A DNA stretch of 64,000 nt from Marsupella aquatica. Lineage: Eukaryota > Plantae > Marchantiophyta. Below, piece by piece: positions 35,433-46,199 of the stretch. The stretch lies in NCBI GenBank assembly GCA_973895155.1, contig OZ316891.1, forward strand, positions 18,625,048 through 18,689,047, read 5' to 3'. Both the position numbers and the translations under genes were made by a program. Positions within the stretch are counted from its first letter, which is position 1, and each line of letters starts with the position of its first letter. The notes under the pieces were generated by a model, which was given only the letters and a program-made list of their open reading frames with translations, had not been told where the DNA came from and ran no database searches.

Positions 35433-38105
35433 GGTCCTGCACACTCAGACCCTACATCAGATTGTGAAACAAGAAGGAATATATAACAGGGTGCAGCATG
35501 ACACAAAAGAATGAGGGTGCAGCATAAAATATGACATGTAACCACAAGGGTGCAGCATAAACCAATGCTTTATAGATGGCAAAGCATTTAGGACTGAGCA
35601 GCGGAAATAACCTTGGCCTATGATTGGAAGCAATCACAAATATTGCAACCTGTATGCCTTCGCTTGCTGTACAGCAGTGCTCACTCACCCTGCCTTTTTA
35701 AAATCTGTAAGGGCAACACAGAACAAATAGCAATTGAGTTTCAGCAAAGCATTCATTTGGCTCTCAAGTTTTAAAATGGACAAAGCAAACACAACAATGT
35801 GCACAACAAAGCACAGAGAGCAACAAAACTCCAGCAAACTGGGACTCAGGCAAGAGATACGAATTTTAGCAGCGAAATCAAATCAAGATTCGGACCTGTG
35901 AGTTCAACATGCAGTGCTCACTCACCCTGCCCTTTTTTAAATCTGTAAAAATCAAGTTTTATTGTGTGCCTTCTACATCTTAAGCTACTGCACACATCTG
36001 TTACAGAACCATAAGTTGCTTTACTCTCAACAAGCTGCTGGTCCACCCACTTTTTCAAAAGCTGCACCGTACTCTATCTTCGTGCACAAATGACTATACC
36101 GGGCTGCTGTCAGAGACCCTTACGAAGAATTTAAAATTGACCAAGCTGAGTTTAGTTTAGTTTCGTCCAGTTTGCAGACCAAAGGAAATCATGTGGCTGT
36201 ATTCATGGAGTTGTATTCATTGCTGTGTATGGATGTTGTGTGAACATCAGACAATTAGCTGTAAATTACCATAGTTGAAGAGCAAGGCTTGTACAAAAGC
36301 CACTAAGGAATTCTCTGAGGTGGCACAGCAGTTGGCAAACCACACACAAAACTTTGAAACTTTTTGGCGACAAAATTCTACAGAGTCGCTGCTGGAATCA
36401 AGTGAGGATTCACCATACATGCCTGCACTTCTCTTCAGTAAAAAAAAGAGAAAAGAAAAGGCTATGATACAGAGGGATGTCAAAAGAAGAGTAAGGAAAC
36501 CAAATTTTCATTGAGGAACATAGACAGACTAAGGAAAACATCATACAATGGAAAACTAAGGACTACATTGTAATAATAAGAGATCAAGCTCACCTTGCAC
36601 CACAAAGATTGTCACGACTCACCTCGCAGTTCCTCGCAGCTTAGGTCCAGGATGACATTTCAATATGGAGGAAAGGAGTTTACTCATTTAAAACAGAGAA
36701 GGAGTGGCATCTACAGGGACTTTGGCAGCACACTGAAAAGGTTGGCAATACATCAGGTTATCTTTCTAGGTTGACACTGCCAATAGAATTTTGAACACAA
36801 CAAACACAACAAACACTGCCAGATATAGAATTTTGAACACAAGGGTATGGCATCCTGATTTGCCTAACTCAATCAACTTAATAGCATATTTTTATGTTCA
36901 ATTAGGCAGCACTAAATAGAACAGCCTTTCACACAGTCAGAATAATTGGCAATAATTGCCAGACGACAACAAGACAACAAACTGAACTGAACATAGCAAA
37001 CAAATCCAACAAGTAGCAATCAGAAATCAACAGCAGACAGACAGAGGACAACTCGGTCAGAACTCGGGCACTTGATTTAGTTGTGGTAAATAGCCGTTCA
37101 AGTTCTGGACAAGCAAGAGCAATACGTGAGCAGACTCCAGAAAAATCATCTCTTGAGATTGAGGAGAAAGGCATTCCCCAGCCAGCTTACCTATGTCTTG
37201 AAAAATGTATCGGACATCGTGGATGCTGCCTCAGCTGCTGGCCGCAAGGGAAGATTTTGCCAAAACAAACAATAAAGCTCGAAGATAGTTAAATTTCTTA
37301 GGTCATTCTAAATGGGGACTGAATTAGCAATTAGAACCAGTAAACCCTGATCTTGGGCAAGCAGAGAGAGAAGACTCTGCGCCTAATACTTATGTCTACC
37401 CGAATTTTACTGGGACATATGAGCATTGGGATGGCATTGCAAAGCAGAATTTTGTAGCAGTGGAAGGAATCAACATAGATAGCAGTGGAAGGCCGCAGTG
37501 GAGCTAGCATGGGACAGGGAAGGAAATGCAGGCACTTGTGATGCAAAGGCTATAGAGGGCGAGAAGGTGGACAACCAAACTCAACAAACTCAAAGAACAT
37601 GTAGCAAATGGCAATAGAATTGAAGATCAGAGAACCTGAGTGGGAAAAAAATTGATATAGATTGTAATGGGCAATAAAGAAGCTCAACCGGGAGACTAGC
37701 AGTAGTGGAGACAGTTCCGTCTTAAATGGAAAAGGAGAGATATATACAATAAAGAGAGACGTCCTTTAAAGTAGAAATTGTCTGAAAAGTAAGTGCAGAT
37801 AAGTGCATGCAACAGGAGCGGTCACATACAAATTGAGCAATCCTCTCAAGGCTACAGAGGGCGAGAAGGTGGACAACCAAACTCAGCAAACTCAAAGAAC
37901 AAGTAGTAAATGGCAATAGAATAGAAGATCAGAGAACATGTAGCGAATGGAGAGGGATAGATAGAGAAAAAACATAAGCAGAGAGCTCTGACACACAGCA
38001 ACACAGGTCCCAACACAACACATTGCAGGTCCCAGGCTGGGGTGGAGCCGGAAGTGGAGAGCACAGAGCAACCAGGCAAATCACAGCATGGGCGCCAATG
38101 GGAAT

Positions 38106-38580
38106 TGTTGGGTATTTACTCTTACGTCTAGGTTAGGTATGACGTGGTTGGTACAACAACGTGGGTTGGTACAACTACGTGGTTAGGTACAACTACGTGA
38201 TTAGGTACAACTATGTGGTTAGGTACAACTACGTGATTAGGTACAACTATGTGGTTAGGTACAACTACGTGATTAGGTACAACTATGTGGTTAGGTACAA
38301 CTATGTGGTTAGGTACAACTAAGTTGCACACTATATCATAAGAGGCATGTGTGCTTGGAGAGGTAGAACCAAGGCTCATTGTTATGGAGCCACTTGAGAG
38401 ATAGGGAGAGCTTACACTGTGGAGACTCGGTATAGCCGACGGGCTTAGAGTTCAGTAAAGCTCTCTTGTGTGTTCCCGTGGACGTAGCCTCAAGGAGGTG
38501 AACCACGTATCTCTTGTGTCGACTATTGTGCGTTGGATGGTTCATGGGCTTGCCGTTGCGATCGTCGTCTATGCTCAACA
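38106..38580 (+). repeat. 5' LTR (475 bp) with ten 18-bp tandem units
   Basis: TGTTGGG...CTCAACA; GGTACAAC every 18 bp from 38150 to 38312. Confidence 0.96.
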
Positions 38581-38582
38581 AT

Positions 38583-38594
38583 TGGTATCAGAGC
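38583..38594 (+). promoter_or_regulatory. Primer binding site complementary to initiator tRNA-Met
   Basis: TGGTATCAGAGC 2 bp after the 5' LTR. Confidence 0.95.
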
Positions 38595-39734
38595 ATGCTT
38601 GGGAGGTGACGTGTGTTCGTGACGGGATTTCATGACGGTTTTTCCAGCGTTGAGTGTTGGTGGATTTTCCAGAGTTCCATCGCATGGAACTTGGAGTTTA
38701 TGGGCTCAACGGATAGATCAGGGCAAGAGCTTTCTAACGGTGTGAAGAAATCGTTGAACGGAGCTCGTGGTGCAGAGAGATCTAAGTTTTCGTCGTTCTG
38801 GATTTTGTGAAGAAAGTTGGCAATCGACTCGGAGGGAGAAGCGTCAAGTGTTTTGACTCAACGGAGAGATTGAGGCAAGACGATTGTTTTTGAGTCCGGG
38901 ATTGGCTCTTTGATGCAAAGAGGAAGGCTAAGCAAAATCAATTACCTTGTTGGACTTGGTGACGGCACCAAGTGCAATTGATCAACATTCGTTGTTGACA
39001 AGGTACCATTTTTTTCTCTTTGAAAAACTGATTCGAAATTGGCTATGGCAATTGAGAGAAATCTGTCATCTTTACCAATTTTTTTCTCCCTCGTTCTTTC
39101 CTTGTTTTGGGTGCTTCTTATATCGATCTTCATCGCCTCGGAGTCTAGTTTCCAAATCTGAAATCGGATCTTGATTTAGTCAAAACCCGAGTGAGATATC
39201 TTGCGTTTGGTGTCGAGGGGTACATTCTGCCGTGTGTATTTTCTGCGCGCGCGACCAGATTTCGACGACGAAGGGTGGTAGGGGGTTTTGGGGGTTCGAG
39301 GACACATGTCAGCCCCTCGATTGTTCTTCCAAAATTCCCACAGGGCCTGTACAAGGGTCATAGAATATTCCAAAAAACCAGAGAGCTATTTTTTGACCGT
39401 CCGACAAAGATTTCATCCGCCGAACGGTAACTTTTTTGGTTATTTTTCGGCGAGGTCGTAGCTATTGAAGTTGGCAATGCAGCGCACCAATCACATCGCA
39501 ATTCCGACAACGGGTTGTACTTGGTATTTCGGTTATTCCCTGAGGTGGTCAAAACGGGGGAGTTTCCCAAGGTTTTACCCACCTCGACCGAAATTTGAAT
39601 AACTTTTCCGTCAAATTTTGATTTTGATTTCGGTTTTCAGTATTGGACTCCTAGCTTTGTGGGCTACGCGGCGGTGTTGAGTTTCGAGTTTTTTGAGAAG
39701 TTGTGAAAAACAACATTTTTTGTGACTTTCTCAT

Positions 39735-40769
39735 ATGAGTGATTCGGAGGAGTTTTTCGAAGACGTGGAACTTGAAGCACGAGGGTCACCGCGGAGGTTT
39801 CAGGGGCAGAGAGAGGAGCAGGAGGAAGAGCACGTGACACCGATACCATCACCGGTGCGGCGTGTGGTGGAGGAAGCAGTACTACTACCGGAGCTCACGG
39901 TAAAGAAGAAGATGGGGACTTTCAAGCTTGGGGGACCCAAGTATGAAGTGACAAAGTATGATGGGCGCTCTGACTACTTGCTATGGGAGAAGCAGGTGAA
40001 GGGAGTGCTTTATGCGTCAGGGATGGGCCAACTGCTGAGCCCTCGTGAAGACGATGTTGATGAGAAACAATGGGACCGCATGCAGGAGCAGGGAGTGTGG
40101 TGTGTTACACTCTATCTCATGCCTCCCATCATCAAGCAGTTGGGTGCACATAAGGATTGCATGTCCTTATTTGCGGAATTGCAGAGCAAGTATCACCGCA
40201 AGGAGTTGTCGAACCGGCTCTACACTTCCTACAAACTGATGAGTTTCAGGATGAAGGAATCTGGTACGAAGTTGCAAGACCATGTGGATGCTTTCAACGA
40301 CATGGTCGTTGACTTGGAAAACCTTGGGGAGACTTTGAATGATGAGACGAAGGCTCTGCAGCTTCTTAGTTCATTGCCTCCATCTTACCAGTCCCTATCA
40401 CGAGTGTTGTTGCATCGTGATAGGGATACCATTTCATACAATGACGTGGTAAGTTCTCTGCTTAGTGATGATCTTCAGCAGAAGATGCACATCACGTCAC
40501 AACCTTCATCATCTGGTGCTGCCCTCAATGTTAACCGTGGGAGGAGTATGCAGCGACCAACTGGGGACCGTAGAACCCAGTTTAGATCTAAATCCAGATC
40601 TAAGTCCAAGGGTAAATCCCCTCAGAGGAGGCAGGTGACATGTTGGAAGTGCAACCAAGTTGGACACTTCAAGCGAGACTGTAAGGGAAAGGCAGCGGAA
40701 ACTTCATCGGCAAATGTGGCTAGGGCTGATGGAGAAGCTGATTTACTCAATGATGAGTATGTTTTATGA
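39735..40769 (+). CDS. gag: Copia Gag (344 aa) with CCHC zinc knuckle, ending in TGA in frame with pol
   Basis: KYDGRSDYLLW, KALQLLSSLPPSY, CWKCNQVGHFKRDC. Confidence 0.93.
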   Translation: MSDSEEFFEDVELEARGSPRRFQGQREEQEEEHVTPIPSPVRRVVEEAVLLPELTVKKKMGTFKLGGPKYEVTKYDGRSDYLLWEKQVKGVLYASGMGQLLSPREDDVDEKQWDRMQEQGVWCVTLYLMPPIIKQLGAHKDCMSLFAELQSKYHRKELSNRLYTSYKLMSFRMKESGTKLQDHVDAFNDMVVDLENLGETLNDETKALQLLSSLPPSYQSLSRVLLHRDRDTISYNDVVSSLLSDDLQQKMHITSQPSSSGAALNVNRGRSMQRPTGDRRTQFRSKSRSKSKGKSPQRRQVTCWKCNQVGHFKRDCKGKAAETSSANVARADGEADLLNDEYVL

Positions 40770-43700
40770 AGCTGGGGGTATGCCCTGTGCACGTCATCTA
40801 GGAGAGCAGATGATGTGTGGATTCTTGATTGTGCTTGCTCTTTTCATATTTGTTACATTCGTGAGTTTTTCAGTTCTTACTCTATTTCAAACGGTTCAGT
40901 TCTGATGGGAAATGATCACTCCTGTCAAATTGAGGGAATTGGGTCTGTGAAGATTCAAATGTTTGATGGCGCTGTGCGCACAGTGTCCGGAGTCAGGTAT
41001 GTACCTGGCATGCGTAAGAATCTGATTTCACTCGGTGTGTTGGATTCAAATGGTCATCAATGGAGCGTTATTGATGGTGAACTTCAAGTCAGGTCGGGAG
41101 AGACAGTGATTTTGAAGGGGAGTAGACAAAAGAATTTGTATGTGTTACAGGGCAATACTGTATGTGGAGAGGCCAATGTAACCAAGTCTCACGAGGAGAT
41201 GACTCAACTGTGGCATTCACGGCTAGGCCACATGAGTGAGAAGGGTTTGGCTATCTTACGGAAGAATGGACTCATTTCTGATTTGCAATCTTGTAAATTA
41301 GAGTTTTGTGAGCATTGCATTCTTGGAAAGCAGCATCGTCGTGCTTTTGGTGTTGGAACTCATCGTTCCAAAGCGGTTCTTGAGTACATACATAGTGACG
41401 TGTGGGGTCCATCCCCGACTCCCTCACACTCTGGAAAGTTGTACTATGTATCATTTATTGATGATTACTCAAGATTTGTGTGGATTTATTTCATGACGCA
41501 TAAGTCTGATATCTTGTCCATTTTTAAGAAGTGGAAGGCCCAGGTGGAGAATCAGACTGGAAACACGATCAAGTGTTTGGATACAAGGGTGAAGAGTCTG
41601 AGGTCAGACAACGGCGGGGAGTACACTTCAATGGAATTTGAAGAGTACTGTTCAGAACAGGGGATAACTCGCCATCTCACCACAGTTTATACTCCGCAGC
41701 AGAATGGTGTCGCTGAGAGGCTCAATCGGACACTGTTGGAGCGGTCACGGAGTATGTTGAGCCAATCAGGTTTACCACAAGAATTTTGGGCAGAAGCTGT
41801 CAATACCGCAGCTTATTTGGTAAATCTTTCTCCTTCTAGTGCTATCAATTTCAAAACGCCGTTTGAGATGCGCTATAAGCGGCAAGCAGACTATCATGGC
41901 TTGGTAATTTTTGGAAGTGATGCATATGCTCTCACACCAAAGCAGAATAGGACCAAGTTGGATCCTACCTCCAGGAAATGTGTTTTTCTTGGGTACCAGA
42001 GTGGTGTGAAAGCCTATAGGCTATGGGATCCTATTGCCTGTAAGCTCGTTGTCAGTAGGGATGTTTCCTTCAATGAATCCAGATTATTGAAGGAGGGGGA
42101 GAATACTCAGGTCTCCCGTACTGACAAAGGAAAATCTCCTATCCCGGATCTCGTTGAGGGGGAGATTGGTTATGAGGTGCATGACCGGAGAGAAGGAGTT
42201 GCTCCAATTATGGAGCTGGTTCCTGTGCCAGAGGAACCAGAGGAGTTTGTTGATGCTGGTGAGCAGCAAGTGGATGCTGTTGAGCTTCAAATTGTACCAG
42301 CACACGCAGATCAACCGGAGTCATCGGCTAGAAGAACATCTGGTCGCACTGTACGCGCTCCATCAAGGTATGGACAGTGGGTTGATTCATCTCAACTGCA
42401 AGAGGATGATTTTACAGCTGATGATGAGGGTGATGCGTTAATTTTGGAAGAAGGAGAACCTTCTTCATTTCATGAGGCAAGTGCTTCAAAGGAGAAGCAG
42501 AAATAGACTGCAGCAATGCAAACGGAGATGCAGTCACTTAAGGACAACAAAACTTGGGAGCTTGTTAAGCTGCCTAAGGGTCAGCAAGTGGTGGACAGCA
42601 AGTGGATTTACAAGCTGAAGGATAATTCCATAGGAGGTGGATCGAAGGTCTACAAGGCTAGATTGGTAGCAAAGGGATTCACACAAGAGAAAGGTGTGGA
42701 TTACAATGAGGTCTTCTCACCAGTTGCTAAGTACTCTACAATACGACTATTGTGTGTACTTGTTGTAATGTTTGGTCTGCTGCTAGATCAGATGGATGTT
42801 GTCACAGCTTTCCTCTATGGCACATTGGAAGAGGTGATCTTCATGAGACAACCGCTAGGTTTTGTGAAGAGAGGACAGGAGGAATTGGTTTGCAGATTGC
42901 TGAAATCCTTGTATGGGTTGAAGCAGTCACCAAGACAGTGGAACAAGCGGTTTGACGATTGGATTCGGTCACAAGGTTTTCACAGAAGTGTATTTGACCC
43001 TTGTGTGTATTTGAAACCGGTGAAGAATGTTGTCTTTGGGTTCATTGTTTTAGTACTTTATGTGGATGACATGCTAATTGCAGCCAAGGATAGGTCTGAG
43101 ATTGTTAAGCTCAAGGCACTGCTTAGTGCAGAGTTTAAGATGAAGGACTTAGGGCCAGCTAAGAGGATTTTGGGTATGGAGATCACTAGGGACTTGGAGG
43201 CTGGCAAGCTATGGTTGACGCAGAGCAGTTATGCGAGGAAGGTAATTGCAAGGTTCAACATGGAGAATAGCAAGCCAGTAAGTACCCCGTTGGCTCCACA
43301 CTTCAAGTTATCATCAGCGTTCTGTCCTACGGATGACACAGAGAAGGGGTTGATGTCAAAGGTTCCATATGACAAGGCAGTGGGGAGTCTCATGTATTTG
43401 ATGACTTGCACTAGACCTGATCTTGCCATGGCTATGGGCAAGGTGAGCAGGTACATGTCGAATCCAGGGAAGGTACACTGGGAAGCAGTGAAGTGGATTA
43501 TCAGGTACTTGAAGGGTACCGTGGATCATGGTCTTTTATTTGATGCGAATGCAAAGAATGCTAGATCATTGATTGGCTATGTAGATTCTGACTATGGACA
43601 AGATTTGGACCGAAGGAGATCAACAACAGGATACGTGTTCACACTTGGCGGTGGATGCATAAGTTGGAGGTCTACTTTGCAGAAGTGTATTGCTCAGTCT

Positions 43701-44042
43701 ACTACAGAAGCGGAGTATGTTGCAGCTGCGGAAGCAGCAAAGGAAGCGATTTGGTTGGATAGACTTATCACTGAAATGGGATTGCCACAGGGGAATGTGA
43801 AGCTCCATTGTGATAGTCAAAGTGCGCTCCACCTTGCTGTGAACCAGGTGATGGACAGCAGAGTGAAGCACATTGACGTCAGGTACCATTTTATCAGGCA
43901 GGCTGTGTCTGATAAATTGTTTGAGCTAGTCAAGATTGATGGTAAACTCAACCCGGCTGACGCATTTACCAAAGTGATTCCTTTGGAGAGTTTCTCTAGA
44001 CACCGTGACGTATTGCAGGTTTTGCAATTGCATCACAAGTAG
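40770..44042 (+). CDS. pol: Copia Pol (protease, integrase, RT, RNase H) with one premature TAG at 42504-42506
   Basis: WILDCACSFH, LWHSRLGHMSEKG, HSDVWGP, LRSDNGGEY, PQQNGVAERLN, YKARLVAKG, QMDVVTAFL, LYVDDML, CDSQSA and NPADAFTK, all in one frame. Confidence 0.93.
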
Positions 44043-44222
44043 AGTTTTCTTAAACATTCATTGTAATTACTGATATATGCTCTTCCTCATTCCTATGTAT
44101 TAGGCTACGGCTTAGTTCTGGTTTGCTCTAGTTAGAGAGGGAAACCGGTTTGGTTTCTGTCCAGAACTTCCCGCTGAGGGATCATATACATTGGCAGTAT
44201 TACTCTCCCCTAGACCAGAGTC

Positions 44223-44232
44223 AAGGGGAAGA
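44223..44232 (+). promoter_or_regulatory. Polypurine tract
   Basis: AAGGGGAAGA just before the 3' LTR. Confidence 0.9.
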
Positions 44233-44233
44233 T

Positions 44234-44690
44234 TGTTGGGTATTTACTCTTACGTCTAGGTTAGGTATGACGTGGTTGGTACAACAACGTGGGTTGGTAC
44301 AACTACGTGGTTAGGTACAACTACGTGATTAGGTACAACTATGTGGTTAGGTACAACTACGTGATTAGGTACAACTATGTGGTTAGGTACAACTACGTGA
44401 TTAGGTACAACTATGTGGTTAGGTACAACTATGTTGCACACTATATCATAAGAGGCATGTGTGCTTGGAGAGGTAGAACCAAGGCTCATTGTTATGGAGC
44501 CACTTGAGAGATAGGGAGAGCTTACACTGTGGAGACTCGGTATAGCCGACGGGCTTAGAGTTCAGTAAAGCTCTCTTGTGTGTTCCCGTGGACGTAGCCT
44601 CAAGGAGGTGAACCACGTATCTCTTGTGTCGACTATTGTGCGTTGGATGGTTCATGGGCTTGCCGTTGCGATCGTCGTCTATGCTCAACA
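44234..44690 (+). repeat. 3' LTR (457 bp) with nine 18-bp units
   Basis: Matches the 5' LTR except for one repeat unit and one visible substitution (TAAGTTGC vs TATGTTGC). Confidence 0.96.
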
Positions 44691-46199
44691 GGAATAAGGT
44701 CAATACCTTTGAGGCGGAAGCTAGCAGGCCTCAACTTGCAGGTAGCAGCTTGTGCTCTGCTGCCTTCCGCAAGTAGCTTGCACTCTCAGCTTCCGCAATG
44801 AGTCGCCCTCTCCCCTTTCGCAAGCAGCTGCTTGACCTCTCCCCTTCCGCAAGCAGCTTGCCTTCTCCCCGTCCGCAATCAGGTCACCTCTCCCCTTCCG
44901 CAAGCAGCTCGCACCCACTTAAAGAAACAAATGTTGAGACCAAACAAACAACCGGCTCCCTTCCGCAAACTCCACAACCTCTTCAAGAAGCTATCGTCGA
45001 CCTTCCGCAGCAAGAATCATTTCCTCCCTGCTTTCACTGCCTCCACGAGCTTCCATAGCAATCGCCTTCCATGATGATCGGGGCCCCAATGCGCAAATGC
45101 CTTCCGCATCCACCTTGCGTAGCTTGTTGCCGATCGTAGCTCCTCACCCACAGCTCGTGACCCGCAGCTTGTCGCTCGACTGTTTCTGATTGTGTCCGGC
45201 TCTTCCTTCTGCAGCTCTTCCCTTCCGCACCTCCAACCTCACGCAACTCCTCCCCTCCCGCAACTCCAACCTGTGCTCCTGGGGCAACTCCAACCTGTGC
45301 GTGGAAGAGTGTTGCAGCTCCTCCCCTCCCGCAACTCCACCCTGTGCTAGTCTAGCAAATGTGCTCGGAAGAGTGTCGAAGCTTGGTGGAGGCAATGCAC
45401 AACGCTGCGCAACCCTAAGCCCTTGCAATGTGCACACAAGGCATGCCAAGAAAAGAGCACATCGAGCATTGCCCTCTCCGTCGATGTTTTTTCAGGAAAA
45501 AGGGCTCCTGTTGGTACGCGAGAACACTTGAGGAGGAAAAACCTAAAGCTGGATGCCTAAACCCCGTAAAAGTAAGGTATTTCTCCAGATGGGGATGGTG
45601 GATATTGTACGTGGGTCATGAATTAGGTTCTATTCTGACAATCTCTCATATGTCTGGACCCCCCATAAGGCCCTAGGGAAGTTGAGACTAGATTAATAAC
45701 AATGTAAACCACCCCCCCCCCCCTCGCCCCCATAAGGCCCTAGGGAAATACCGACTATATAGGGTAATAACAAGGTCCGGACGCCCCCATAAGGTCCTAA
45801 GTAGGGAAGGCAAGGTTAATAACTTATAATGTCGCAACCCCCCCATAAGGTCATGGCTGTTTGTGTAGGTGCCAACAAGAATGTTAAGGACCAATGTTAT
45901 ATATAAAAAATCATGCCCGCGATATAAAAGGTCCTTTTGGACCAAGGGAAGACTACATATGAGGCTATGTTGTCTAAGAGTTTTTGAGAGCATTACACCA
46001 AAGCATTAACAAGTGAGCCTTCCCATGACTATATGACCTCCAATATGCCAACATTAATGGCTTCCAATATGACAGCGTGAGTGACCCCACGTTTAGTCCT
46101 CAGATTGAAGCACCATTTAATTCACAAATGATCCAATGAACTCCCTTGTACCTCCAAAGAGAACCCCCCAATAGCCTTTGTAAAGACCACATTTCCAGT

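Larger units (their letters stand above)
38106..44690 (+). mobile_element. Ty1/copia LTR retrotransposon (Tnt1/Tork-like), full length, very recent
   Basis: TG...CA LTRs 38106-38580 and 44234-44690; TSD GGAAT (38101-05 and 44691-95); PBS and PPT present; gag-PR-IN-RT-RH order. Confidence 0.97.

Noticed and set aside
37545-37945. About 90-bp direct duplication in B's leader (37545-37640 and 37848-37940)
   Set aside because: Real but an ordinary local duplication with no TSD or LTR hallmarks
38128-38581. VVPNH-repeat ORFs, also at 44256-44703
   Set aside because: Antisense translations of the LTR 18-bp array
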